Source: an uncultured Thermoleophilia bacterium
GTDB lineage: Bacteria > Actinomycetota > Thermoleophilia > UBA2241
Reading direction: 5' to 3'
Length of the DNA stretch: 64,000 bases
Assembly: GCA_903927755.1 (NCBI GenBank)
Contig: CAIYOD010000028.1
Coordinates: 20,374 to 84,373 of the forward strand
Below are positions 9,117-18,502 of the stretch, in pieces. The stretch's first letter is position 1. Each line of letters starts with the position of its first letter. The notes under the pieces are model-generated. The model saw only the letters and a program-made list of their open reading frames with translations. It was not told where the DNA came from and did not search any database. Both the position numbers and the translations under genes were made by a program.

Positions 9117-9761
9117 GTGAGCGCATCCTCCAGCAGTCTCGTCTCCAGGACGGCCCCTTGGGCGGGCGCCACGGCGCTCGTCCTGCTGGCCGTCGTCGTC
9201 CTGTACTTCTTCACCGGCGCCGCCGCCACGGAGCCGTCCAAGGCGGCGCCCGTCGCAACGAACGACATCACCTACGGACCCGCGGACGCCAAGCTCACGG
9301 TCATCGAGTACTCCGACTTCCAGTGCCCCTTCTGCGCGGAATACGCCAAGTGGATGACGCAGTTGCGGCAGAAGTACGGCGATCGGGTCGAGTTCGTCTT
9401 CCGGAACTACCCGCTCTCCACCCACGAGTGGGCTTCCATCGCGGCCAAGGTCGGCTACGCCGCCTCTCTGCAGGGCAAGTTCTGGGAGATGCACGACCTG
9501 CTGTTCGAGAAGCAGGACGAGTGGGCAGCGTCCGACGACCCGCGGCCGTACTTCGACGCCTACGCCGAGAGCCTCGGCCTCGACATGGACAAGTTCCACG
9601 CGGACGCGGACGCGCAGTCCACGACCGACTTCATCAAGAGGCAGGCGGCCGAAGCCAAGAAGGCCGGCGTGACGCACACGCCCTGGTTCGACATCGGCGG
9701 TGAGTCGGTGCTCCCGCGCAGCCTGGAGCAGTTCGACAAGGCCATCCAGGAGGCGCTGTGA
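9117..9761 (+). CDS. DsbA/BdbD-family thiol:disulfide oxidoreductase (membrane anchored)
   Basis: N-terminal TM anchor, then ...LTVIEYSDFQCPFCAEYAKWM... (CPFC active site in a thioredoxin fold) and ...GVTHTPWFDIGG (cis-Pro loop region). Confidence 0.85.
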   Translation: MSASSSSLVSRTAPWAGATALVLLAVVVLYFFTGAAATEPSKAAPVATNDITYGPADAKLTVIEYSDFQCPFCAEYAKWMTQLRQKYGDRVEFVFRNYPLSTHEWASIAAKVGYAASLQGKFWEMHDLLFEKQDEWAASDDPRPYFDAYAESLGLDMDKFHADADAQSTTDFIKRQAAEAKKAGVTHTPWFDIGGESVLPRSLEQFDKAIQEAL

Positions 9762-10267
9762 GCGGCGGCCGGGACGGCGCCGAGAGCGGCCGCCGGGACG
9801 TCGCCGAAGGCTCCTCGCGCCGCTGGGTGCCCTGGGCGGTGGCGGCGCTCGCCTACGCAGGCTTCGTCCTCTCGGCCTACCTGACCATCGTCCACTACCG
9901 CGGCTACGTCTCGCCGTGCTACGTGGTGCAGGGGTGCGAGACGGTGCAGACCAGCAAGTACTCGGTGATCCTCGGCGTGCCGGTCGCGCTTCTCGGCGCC
10001 CTCTTTTTCGGCCTCATGTTCTATCTGGCGGTGGGGTTGCTCCGGAGCGGATCGCTCGTGCTGGTACGGGTGTTCAAGGTGTTCGCGTTTCTCGGCGCGC
10101 TGGCGATCGTGCCGCTGTTCCTGCTGCAGGCGATCGTCCTCAAGGCGTTCTGCACCTACTGCGTGGCCACCGAGGTCCTGATGCTGGCCATCTGGATCCT
10201 GAGCTTCCTGCTGGCGGCGCCGGCGCGGAGCGGCGAGCCGCTCGAGGCCGGCGCGACCACGGACTGA
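9758..10267 (+). CDS. Vitamin K epoxide reductase (VKOR) family protein
   Basis: ATGA overlap with the DsbA gene. It has four or five TM helices, a loop Cys pair (SPCYVVQGC) and a CTYC (CxxC) motif in the last helix. A DsbA-VKOR pair is the known DsbB-replacing arrangement. Confidence 0.85.
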   Translation: MSGGRDGAESGRRDVAEGSSRRWVPWAVAALAYAGFVLSAYLTIVHYRGYVSPCYVVQGCETVQTSKYSVILGVPVALLGALFFGLMFYLAVGLLRSGSLVLVRVFKVFAFLGALAIVPLFLLQAIVLKAFCTYCVATEVLMLAIWILSFLLAAPARSGEPLEAGATTD

Positions 10268-10431
10268 CCGGGATCTCCGCCTCGCGCCGAAGGCCGGGCG
10301 GACCGCCGGCGCCCGAGGCCCCCCGGGCCGGCTTCGCCTCTCGATGGTCGCCCCGCACCCATCCGCCAGGCAAGCGTACCGGCCGTCCTCGCCCATACCG
10401 GAACGCTCATCTTCGCAAGGCCTTGACGCCC

Positions 10432-10475
10432 GACGCGAGGGGCCGGCCCGCCTGAGCGGACCGGCCCCTCGCGTC
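10432..10475. terminator. Hairpin between convergent VKOR and oxidase genes
   Basis: Perfect 15-bp inverted repeat GACGCGAGGGGCCGG (10432..10446) / CCGGCCCCTCGCGTC (10461..10475) with a 14-nt loop. Confidence 0.4.
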
Positions 10476-10531
10476 GAAGAGCATGCGATGAGAGCATCAC
10501 CGCACTGTGCGGCGAACCCTGATATGCCTCA

Positions 10532-13500
10532 CTACTTGACTGAGAGGGCCCGGCTGTAGCTCGAGGTGCTCGAGACGAACTGCTCTGTCGCCGTCGTCGT
10601 CGCCTTGAACTTGTACTTGCCCTTCTTGCCGAGCTTGAAGTTCTTCGAGTATCTCGTGTCGGTGACCGAGGCCTTGTACGTCTTGGAGAGGACGTAGGTG
10701 CCCTTGTTGTTGCGCTTGTACACCTGGATCTTGACCGCGGGCCCCACACCCTTGCCGGGCACGATGGAACCGGTCACCTGGAACTGCCTGTTCTTCTTGA
10801 TCTTGGACGGCGCGGACGGCTTGCCGACGGACGGCTTGACCCGGACGGCGAACGTCCCATTCGAGGTGTCCTGAGAGACAAGGGCACCGGCGTCGCTGTA
10901 GTACTGCAGAAGGATGCGGTAGTCGGAGGCTGCCGGGACCGCGACCGTCCACCACGGCACCGAGTAGCTCGTGGCGCCGGTGACGGCGACTCCGCCCGGG
11001 GGCGTGATCTCGATCATGGCGGAGTCAGTACCGGGTCGCGTGGCCCAGCCGCGGACATAGCCCGTCGTGAGTCCGGCCGGCATGCTCCACGTCATGTTGT
11101 GGAAGGCCCCGACGATCCAAGACTCGCCACCGTTGGGCGATGTCACCCTCGGCGAGTTGTCGATGACCGTGAAGGTCGCATCCGACAAGTCGCTCGTGGA
11201 CGCGGTCCCTGAAGCGTCGTAGTAGGACACGCGGACCTTCCAGTCCGTCGCGGCCGGGACGTTGACCGTCCACGCGAGGCTGTAGCTGGAGGCCCCGTTC
11301 GCGGCGACGCCATCAGGTGACGTGATCTCGAACCAGTTGGGCGTCGTGCTCGGACTGTAGGCCCACACCCGGTAGAAGCCCACCGACGCAGGCGCGGAGT
11401 TCCAGCGCACGTTGTGTGTGGTACCGACGACCCAGTCCTCGCCGCCGTTCGGCGACGTCACGGCGATCGTCGGGTTCGCCTCGAAGGTAGCGCTGATGGT
11501 GTGGTCGGTGCTGACGTTCGTGAAGGTGTAGCTGCCCGCCGTCAGCGCCCCGGCGTCGGCCACGCCGTCGACCAGGACCTCCCGGATGTGATAGCCGGTG
11601 TCGGCCGCGATGGTGAACGTCAGGCTGTCCTCGAACACGACGGACTGCGGGCCGAGCGGCGTGATCGTGCCGTTCGCGCCGGCGCTCGAGGTGATGGTGT
11701 ACACGTCACGTTCGAAGGTCGCTTCGATCGTGTGGTCGGCCACCAGGTCCGTGAACGTGTAGGTGTACGTGCGAGGATCTACCACGTCGGTCCGGCTCAC
11801 ACCGTCGACCTTGACGTCCAGGATGTGGTAGTGGTTGTTCGCCTCGATGATGTAGTTCTGCGTCCCGTTCACGCGCACCGTCTGCTTGCCCTTGGGCGCG
11901 ATGCTGCCGCCGGGCCCGGCGGTGGAGGTGATGGTCACTTCGCTGCGCGTGAAGCTGACTTCGATGGTGTGGTCCTCCTGGACGTCGGCGAAGGTGTAGC
12001 TGCCGGCGGCAGCGGCGACCGGGTCGGCGACGTTGTCCACCAGCACCTCGCGGATGCGGTAGTGGAGATCGGGCGTGAACGTGAACGTCTCGCTGCCGCC
12101 ACGGCCGACCGCCACACTGCCGGACGGCGTGATGCCGCCGTCGGCGCCCGCCGGCGCCGTGATCGTGAACTGCGGCCCCACGACCACTCTGTTGGAGGTG
12201 GAGGCCACCGTCATCTGCGGGTACTTGACGTCGGCCACATACCCGACGGTGTTCTGAGCGACCATCCGGTAGTACACGGTGGTGGTCGCCGGGTCGAACG
12301 GCGTCGGGTCGATCATGGTCAGACCGGCACGGTGGGTATTGGGCTGGTCGAGCGGCGACGGCATCGTCCCCACTGTGGTCCAGGTGCCGCCCCGATCGTC
12401 AGACCGCTGCCCGACGAACGCCGTTTCAGTGATCGAGTTGTCGTCCCAGGTGAGTGTGGCTGTCTGCATGGCGCCGCCGCCGGCGAGCGATGCACTGAGG
12501 TTGCTCGGCGCCACCGGCGGGAGCGCCAGGGTCTGCGGCCGCATCATGTCCATCTCTTCGTGGCTCAGGATGTGGCAGTGCCAGACGTACTCCCAGCCGT
12601 AGTTCACCAGTTGGTTGACGATCGGCGCCGTCGGGACGCCCTGCGCATCCACGCTGTTGAACAGCTTGGTCGATCCGGTCGGGTCCATCGGGTTCAGGTT
12701 GCGGATCGCGTTCGGGACCTCGAACGGCAGCTCGGGGATGATCGGCCGCAGAGCGACGATGGTGTCCTCGAGCGGGGCGACGCGAATGGTCTCCTTCCAG
12801 CCGAGCTCACCGGGCTCCGGGGCGATCACGATGTTGTCCCAGGTGACCCGGTTGAGCATCTGCACGTCGTAGAGGTGGAAGTGGATCGGGTGCGTGTCCA
12901 CCCCGTTGTGGGTGATGCGCCAGATCTGCGTGCCGTCGGTGGCGCTGGTGATCGGCGTGATCTTGACGTCGCTCACCGGGTTGCCGTCGGCGTCCCACGT
13001 GACGTCGTGCTTGGGCAGGTTGGTGCCGTTGAGCATCTCCGTCGCCGGGTTCACATAGGGATAGAAGGTGCCGTTCTGCACGCCCGGCGTCGGCGGCTGG
13101 GCCTCGAGGCCGAGGTTGGCCTGCATGCGGCCGAACTCGTCGAAGGTGGTCGCGTTCATCTCGTCGTGGATGGCCTTGGGCTGCAGCGACAGGGTCGTCT
13201 TGAGATCCGGCTTCTCGAGCGTGTTGAAGCCGAAGGTCATGGTGTCGTTGACGCGCACGAAGCCGTCGCAGATCTGGAACGTGGGGTTCGCCGTGTTCGG
13301 GACGGGGTTGCAGTTGCTGTTGGCGGCGAAGCCGGTGCCGAGGGCCTTGTTGTACGCGGCCTGCCCGACGATGATCGGGGGCTGGCTCGACTCGAACACG
13401 CCGGAGCCGTCCGTCTTGTGGGCGAACGCGGTGTTCAGCTTGTTCAGGTCAAAGGCGGCTGCCGGCGCGGCGGCCGCGATCTTGACACGCATGATGGTGC

Positions 13501-16330
13501 GCGTGTTGGGGCCGTAGCCCGGCAGGATGGTCGGCGCGCCGTTCGGGCTCAGGTCCGGGCCGCCGGTGTAGTAGTCGTAGGTCGGGACGCGGGCGGGGAA
13601 CGCTGCCGGGGCGTCGTTGTACAGGATCAGCGTCTTGCCGGCGAACTTGGAGAAATCGACGATCACATCGGCCCGCTCGGCGGGCGAGAGCAGCAGGGAG
13701 TGCAGGTCGACGTTGCCGACGTCGAAGCGCGTCGGGTCGGTGATCCAGGTGGTCTCCTGCTGGCCGTCGACCACGGCCGGTGTCGGCAAGAAGCCGCCCT
13801 CGGAGCCGATGTGGATCCAGTCGGGGCCGTTGGTCGAGGCGTTGTGCACCGGCGTCGGGAAGACCACCGGGTCGGTCTGCGCCGCCGCGAGCAACTGCGG
13901 ATCCAGCGCGACTTCGCTGTCCGTGCCCGTGGACGGGTCGGCGACATACCACTGGAAGTTGAAGAACCGGTCGTTGGCGGCGTTCAGCATGCGGAAGCGG
14001 TAGGTCTTGGGCTGAAGCGTGACCTCCGGGTACGCCACGCCGTTGACGACCGCCGTGTCGTTGAACTGCTCCATGCCGGCCGAGATGTTCGGCGTGCCGG
14101 GGATCTCATTCGGCTCGCAGAACGGGTCGGTCTGGTAGGTCCAGGTGGCCGGGTCGTCGACATTGCAGGTCGGGTCGTAGTACGGGTTGGGGATAGGTCC
14201 GTACGTGGTGGCTGCAGCCGGGGGCCAGAACCACGGGCCGTACATCCAGCGGCCGTAGGCGCTCATGCCGCCCGCGTCGCCGGGGTTCTGCGCCGGCATG
14301 TACACGTGGTGGTACCAGAAGTTGCCGTAGCCGCCCCAGCGAGCCTTGTCCCACGTTGGGTCCTGGCCATAGCTGGTGATGTTTCCCTGGTCATCGACCT
14401 GGTCGTAGAGCTGCGTGTCCTGCGGCACGAAAGTGCGGTCCTGGACGATGAGCGGGATGGTGTCCGCGGCATCCGGGATCGTGTTGCTGGCGATGAGCTC
14501 CTTCTCCTTGTCGTCGGAGACCAGGTAGCCCGCCGCCTCACCCGCATACACGTTCAGGCGCGTGATGCCCCACGCGTGGTCGTGGTAGAACATCAGCCGC
14601 GCGCTCTGCTGGTTGGTGTAGAAGAACGTCTGGATGCCGTCCCCGGGGTCGATGCCGACCGTCATGTCGGGCACGTTCTGCACGCTCACGCCCTGCGGCC
14701 AAGGGGTGTCCTCGTTGGCCGGCGTGATCCACTGGTGTGGCGTTCCGTCGCTGATCCACGGGGTGACGCCACCGTGCAGATGCAGCGTGGCGCGGTTGTC
14801 CTTGAAGCAGTCGGCGGACTTGGGCTCGTCGGTGCAGATGGGGTTGCGTACCCTGTCCAGCACGCTGCTCTCGTTGACCGGGTCAGGCAGCCCCATCGGG
14901 CCCATACCGGAGCCCATGAGCGTGCTGTCGACCGGCAGGAACAGGTCGCCCTCCTGCCCGTTCGGCAGCAGGTTGTGGAACACGATGCGCACCGGCTTGT
15001 CCTTGGTGGCCCCGATGGTCGGCCCGAGCCACTGCGGCTTGGTCACCGCGAGCACCGGATCGCCGCCCGCGTCGAGGATCGGGACGCTGGTCCCGTCGAG
15101 CTTCTCGGTGACCAGCGGATAGTGCTGGCTGATGGCGGCGTTGGCCGCCGTCTCCAGCTGCACGTAGCCGCGCACCAGCGTCGCCGGCAGGTCGCTGTTG
15201 AACTTGGTCCGGTACTGGACCAGCGCGATCTCGTACTCGTCGGACTTGACGGGATCGCCGTTGCCGTCGGGGTAGGTCTTCTCGTCCGGGACGCCAAGGG
15301 GGATGAACTTCGCGTCGGGGCTGGTAGTCCAGTCGGGGCAGCTGCCGGCGACCGCGGGGTTGCAGAGGCCCGGCAACTGGTCCTGGAACTTCTTGATGCC
15401 GCCGGCGGTGACGTAGCCGGCGCCGGGAGCCGTGAGGGTGATGCCGGTGACGGCGCCGTTCTCCACGACGGCCGTACCGGCGGCGCCGCTGCCGTTGCCG
15501 ACGGCGTCGGCGAAGGTCACCGTCGGCGCCGAGGTGTAGCCGGCGCCGAAGGTGTCGAGCGTCACGCTGGAGACCTCCATCGTGCAGGTCGCCGAAGCAC
15601 CGGCGCCGCCGTTGATGATGGGGTCGTAGAGCGTGCCGTCACGGATCACGACGCTCGGCGCCGTGAGGTAGCCCGATCCAGGGTTGTCGAGGATGATCGC
15701 CGTGACGGCGCCGTTGCCGTCGATGTCCACGTGAGCCGTGGCCTTGGTGCCTGTGGAGTCGTCCGGCTCGTCGAAGTCCACGGTGGGGAGGGTGTAGCCG
15801 GTGCCGGCGTTCCGCAGTTGGAGGTCCTTGACGCTGCCGTAGGCCGTCGCTTTGGCTTGCGTGGTCGCGCCGCCGCCGGACATGGTGACCGTCGGGGACT
15901 TGTACCCGGCGCCGCCGGCAGTGACGTTGACCGCGACCACAGCCCCACTATTGGTGACCGTCGCCGTGGCGGTGGCTCCCGTGCCGAGGCCGGTGATGCT
16001 GACCGTGGGACTGGTGTAGCCGCTGCCGGGGTCGGTGATGGTGATGCCGGTGACGACGCCGTTTCCACCCACCGTGGCCGTCGCCGTCGCACCCGTGCCG
16101 GTTCCGCCGTTGTCCGTGATCGTGACGGTGGCGTCCGGTAGTGTCAATGGGCTCAGCACCCAGTTGGGCCAGGGGCCGAAGTAGTGCGGCACGCCCGGGA
16201 TGTTGGCCGGAGCCGCAGCCTCGCCCTGAGTCATCTTGACCATGAAGAGTGCGGTGAGCAACGCCACCGCGATGAAGACCAGTACGCTGGCCTTGGCCAG
16301 TGACATGTTGCGCACGACCCTCGCAGCCAT
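10532..16330 (-). CDS. Giant membrane-anchored multicopper oxidase with N-terminal Gly/Thr repeats and C-terminal FN3, B-repeat-like and beta-sandwich modules
   Basis: ORF 10532..16453 trimmed to ATG 16330, preceded by GGGGAAGGGG. Signal anchor MAARVVRNMSLAKASVLVFIAVALLTALFMV. All four MCO copper motifs are present: HLHGG, FYHDHAW, HPIHFHLYD, WHCHILSHEEMDMM. Ends TAG-TGA. Confidence 0.9.
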   Translation of the reverse strand: MAARVVRNMSLAKASVLVFIAVALLTALFMVKMTQGEAAAPANIPGVPHYFGPWPNWVLSPLTLPDATVTITDNGGTGTGATATATVGGNGVVTGITITDPGSGYTSPTVSITGLGTGATATATVTNSGAVVAVNVTAGGAGYKSPTVTMSGGGATTQAKATAYGSVKDLQLRNAGTGYTLPTVDFDEPDDSTGTKATAHVDIDGNGAVTAIILDNPGSGYLTAPSVVIRDGTLYDPIINGGAGASATCTMEVSSVTLDTFGAGYTSAPTVTFADAVGNGSGAAGTAVVENGAVTGITLTAPGAGYVTAGGIKKFQDQLPGLCNPAVAGSCPDWTTSPDAKFIPLGVPDEKTYPDGNGDPVKSDEYEIALVQYRTKFNSDLPATLVRGYVQLETAANAAISQHYPLVTEKLDGTSVPILDAGGDPVLAVTKPQWLGPTIGATKDKPVRIVFHNLLPNGQEGDLFLPVDSTLMGSGMGPMGLPDPVNESSVLDRVRNPICTDEPKSADCFKDNRATLHLHGGVTPWISDGTPHQWITPANEDTPWPQGVSVQNVPDMTVGIDPGDGIQTFFYTNQQSARLMFYHDHAWGITRLNVYAGEAAGYLVSDDKEKELIASNTIPDAADTIPLIVQDRTFVPQDTQLYDQVDDQGNITSYGQDPTWDKARWGGYGNFWYHHVYMPAQNPGDAGGMSAYGRWMYGPWFWPPAAATTYGPIPNPYYDPTCNVDDPATWTYQTDPFCEPNEIPGTPNISAGMEQFNDTAVVNGVAYPEVTLQPKTYRFRMLNAANDRFFNFQWYVADPSTGTDSEVALDPQLLAAAQTDPVVFPTPVHNASTNGPDWIHIGSEGGFLPTPAVVDGQQETTWITDPTRFDVGNVDLHSLLLSPAERADVIVDFSKFAGKTLILYNDAPAAFPARVPTYDYYTGGPDLSPNGAPTILPGYGPNTRTIMRVKIAAAAPAAAFDLNKLNTAFAHKTDGSGVFESSQPPIIVGQAAYNKALGTGFAANSNCNPVPNTANPTFQICDGFVRVNDTMTFGFNTLEKPDLKTTLSLQPKAIHDEMNATTFDEFGRMQANLGLEAQPPTPGVQNGTFYPYVNPATEMLNGTNLPKHDVTWDADGNPVSDVKITPITSATDGTQIWRITHNGVDTHPIHFHLYDVQMLNRVTWDNIVIAPEPGELGWKETIRVAPLEDTIVALRPIIPELPFEVPNAIRNLNPMDPTGSTKLFNSVDAQGVPTAPIVNQLVNYGWEYVWHCHILSHEEMDMMRPQTLALPPVAPSNLSASLAGGGAMQTATLTWDDNSITETAFVGQRSDDRGGTWTTVGTMPSPLDQPNTHRAGLTMIDPTPFDPATTTVYYRMVAQNTVGYVADVKYPQMTVASTSNRVVVGPQFTITAPAGADGGITPSGSVAVGRGGSETFTFTPDLHYRIREVLVDNVADPVAAAAGSYTFADVQEDHTIEVSFTRSEVTITSTAGPGGSIAPKGKQTVRVNGTQNYIIEANNHYHILDVKVDGVSRTDVVDPRTYTYTFTDLVADHTIEATFERDVYTITSSAGANGTITPLGPQSVVFEDSLTFTIAADTGYHIREVLVDGVADAGALTAGSYTFTNVSTDHTISATFEANPTIAVTSPNGGEDWVVGTTHNVRWNSAPASVGFYRVWAYSPSTTPNWFEITSPDGVAANGASSYSLAWTVNVPAATDWKVRVSYYDASGTASTSDLSDATFTVIDNSPRVTSPNGGESWIVGAFHNMTWSMPAGLTTGYVRGWATRPGTDSAMIEITPPGGVAVTGATSYSVPWWTVAVPAASDYRILLQYYSDAGALVSQDTSNGTFAVRVKPSVGKPSAPSKIKKNRQFQVTGSIVPGKGVGPAVKIQVYKRNNKGTYVLSKTYKASVTDTRYSKNFKLGKKGKYKFKATTTATEQFVSSTSSYSRALSVK

Positions 16331-16574
16331 TTGAACCCCTTCCCCTGAGCCTTGAACCCCGACGTATCTTGGTCTCGGCTGACCTGTTCTGTCGCGATCA
16401 CCGGCGCGGGCACGCAGACGAGCGCCCTCCCAGGACGAATCCGGTCTAATCATGACCGAATTGGTCCGATGCTGAACACCGATGGAAGGCCTGACATCAC
16501 CTAGCCGAATGGCATAGGGGCCTTTGGCGCCGGCCGGTCAGGAGAGGAGTAAGGCCGCGACTCACGCTCGGGTG

Positions 16575-17282
16575 TCAGTCGCCGTTGGCTCCCGGGTCCG
16601 CGCCGTCGGCGCGGACGGTCCCGTCGCCCATCTCGAGGTGCCGGGTGCCGAACGGGATGAGGTTCCGCGCGTGGGTGACCATGGCGATCGTGAGGCGCTG
16701 CTCCGAATGCACGCGGCTGAAGATCTGCATGATCTCGTCCTCGGTCTCCTCGTCCAGGTCGCTGCTCGGCTCGTCGGCCAACAGGAGCGTCGGGCGGTTG
16801 ACGAGCGCGCGGGCGACGACCACCCGCTGCTGCTGGCCGGCCGAGAGCTCGCGTGGCAGCGCCTCTGTGCGGTGTCCGAGGCCGACAAGGTCGAGCAGTT
16901 CGCGGGCGCGCTGCGGCCCGTCCTCGTGCTCCACCCCGCTGAACTCGAGCGGCAGCATCACGTTCTGCTCCAGCGAGAGGCCGGGGATGAGACTGGGGAA
17001 CTGGAAGACGAAGCCCATGGTGCGGTTGCGCAGGCCGCTGCGCTCGGCGTCGCTGATGCTCCAGATGTCCACGCCGTCCACGGTCACGGTGCCGCTGGTG
17101 GGCGTGGCGAGGCCGGAGGCCACGTTGAGCAAGGTGGTCTTGCCGCACCCGGAGCGGCCGGTGATGACGAGGAACTCGTTGGTCTCGATGTCGAGATCCA
17201 CGTCGTGCAGCGCCGCGAACGAGGCGGCGTCCTTGCCGCTGTACGACTTGCCGATCCCGCGCAGAGAAACCGCTGCAGTCAT
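16575..17282 (-). CDS. ABC transporter ATP-binding protein (MacB/LolD-like)
   Basis: Walker A GRSGCGKTT, Q-loop, signature LSAGQQQRV, Walker B LLLADEPSSDLD and H-loop VTHA. Confidence 0.9.
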   Translation of the reverse strand: MTAAVSLRGIGKSYSGKDAASFAALHDVDLDIETNEFLVITGRSGCGKTTLLNVASGLATPTSGTVTVDGVDIWSISDAERSGLRNRTMGFVFQFPSLIPGLSLEQNVMLPLEFSGVEHEDGPQRARELLDLVGLGHRTEALPRELSAGQQQRVVVARALVNRPTLLLADEPSSDLDEETEDEIMQIFSRVHSEQRLTIAMVTHARNLIPFGTRHLEMGDGTVRADGADPGANGD

Positions 17283-17286
17283 GCGC

Positions 17287-18489
17287 TCACTCCCTCATGG
17301 AGACGGCCGGCTCCTCACGCGAGGCGCGCAGGGCGGGGACGATCGCCGCCGCGGCGGCGACGACCAGCGCCACGAGCAGGCCGACGACCACCAGGACGAT
17401 CATGCTGAGCACGGACGGCAGCAGGATGGTGAAGCCGAGCGCGGAGACGAGCAGATCGTGGAAGAAGTAGACCACGACCACCGCCAGCACAGCCCCGGCG
17501 AGGCCGCCGGCCACGGCGAGCACGGAGGCCTCGGTCATGTACGCCAGCATCACGAAGCGCTGCGTGGCGCCGAGAGCGCGCAGCACGCCGATCTGACGGC
17601 GGCGGTCGTGCACCGACATCAGGAAGATCACGGCCATGAGGGCCAGAGAGAGGGCCACGGTGAGTACCACGATCACGACCAGGGTCCGCAGCACGCCGGA
17701 GATCTGGTCGCCGTAGGAGCCGAACATCTCGGCCGCCGGCACCGCCTGGACTTCCGGCACCGCGTCGGTGATCGCCTGCGCGACCTGGGTGCGGTCGGCG
17801 CCCTGGTCGACCTTGACCAGTACGGACGACACGGTGTCGGTCAGGAGCGGGAGCGCCATCTTGGCCTTCGTCTTGGAGATCTCCTGCATCGCATAGGCCG
17901 AGGGGAAGGTCATGAACAGCGTCTGATCGAGGTTGGTGCCGGTCCGCTCGAGATTGCCGACGAGGTCGAAGTCGTAGCCATAGAGCTTGATCTTGTCCTG
18001 CCCCTCGGGCACGAAGACGTCCGCGCCGCCGACGGCTTGGCCCACCTGCAGGTCGTGGCCCAGCTTCTCCTGGAGCCACGGCTCGACCGTGAAGTCGGTG
18101 ACCGGGTCGAAGGCGAACATGAACATGGTCGACACCGAGCAGCAGGAGGAGTTCGCCATCGAGGTCAGATAGAGCTGCGACGAGGCCTGGGCCACGCCGG
18201 GCACGGCCGTGATCCTGTCCACGACCCCGCGCGGCATGTAGGTGTTGGTCGCGTTGCCCAGCAGCAGCGCGCCCTCGACGCCCGTGACGGAGCCGCGCGG
18301 GACGACGACGACGTCGGCGCCCAGGCGCTCGCGCGCCAGGCGCAGGCTGTCCTGGCCGCCGCGCGAGATGATCACGGTGGTCAGCACCATGGCGGCCACG
18401 AGCAGCGCGCAGCCGCCGACCAGCCAGCTGCGCAGCGGGTTGCTCGAGATGCCGGTGAGGGCGAGCCTGATGAGGCTGCGGGATCTCAG
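17287..18489 (-). CDS. ABC transporter permease, FtsX/MacB type (probable non-canonical CTG start)
   Basis: ORF 17287..18399 encodes the periplasmic domain and the C-terminal FtsX 3-TM bundle (RRRQIGVLRALGATQRFVM...). The expected N-terminal LRSRSLIRLALTGISSNPLRSWLVGGCALLVAAM helix is in frame upstream of the first GTG. I found no ATG/GTG/TTG back to the in-frame stop at 18619. CTG 18489 sits 8 nt after GAGG. Confidence 0.8.
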   Translation of the reverse strand: MRSRSLIRLALTGISSNPLRSWLVGGCALLVAAMVLTTVIISRGGQDSLRLARERLGADVVVVPRGSVTGVEGALLLGNATNTYMPRGVVDRITAVPGVAQASSQLYLTSMANSSCCSVSTMFMFAFDPVTDFTVEPWLQEKLGHDLQVGQAVGGADVFVPEGQDKIKLYGYDFDLVGNLERTGTNLDQTLFMTFPSAYAMQEISKTKAKMALPLLTDTVSSVLVKVDQGADRTQVAQAITDAVPEVQAVPAAEMFGSYGDQISGVLRTLVVIVVLTVALSLALMAVIFLMSVHDRRRQIGVLRALGATQRFVMLAYMTEASVLAVAGGLAGAVLAVVVVYFFHDLLVSALGFTILLPSVLSMIVLVVVGLLVALVVAAAAAIVPALRASREEPAVSMRE

Positions 18490-18502
18490 AACAGGCGCCT
18501 CG

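Noticed and set aside
11414-16141. 1575-aa + strand ORF and many smaller ORFs overlapping the giant oxidase gene
   Set aside because: They are antisense to a gene with four intact copper motifs. Their composition (R, G, V, D, H runs) is typical of antisense frames at about 70% GC.
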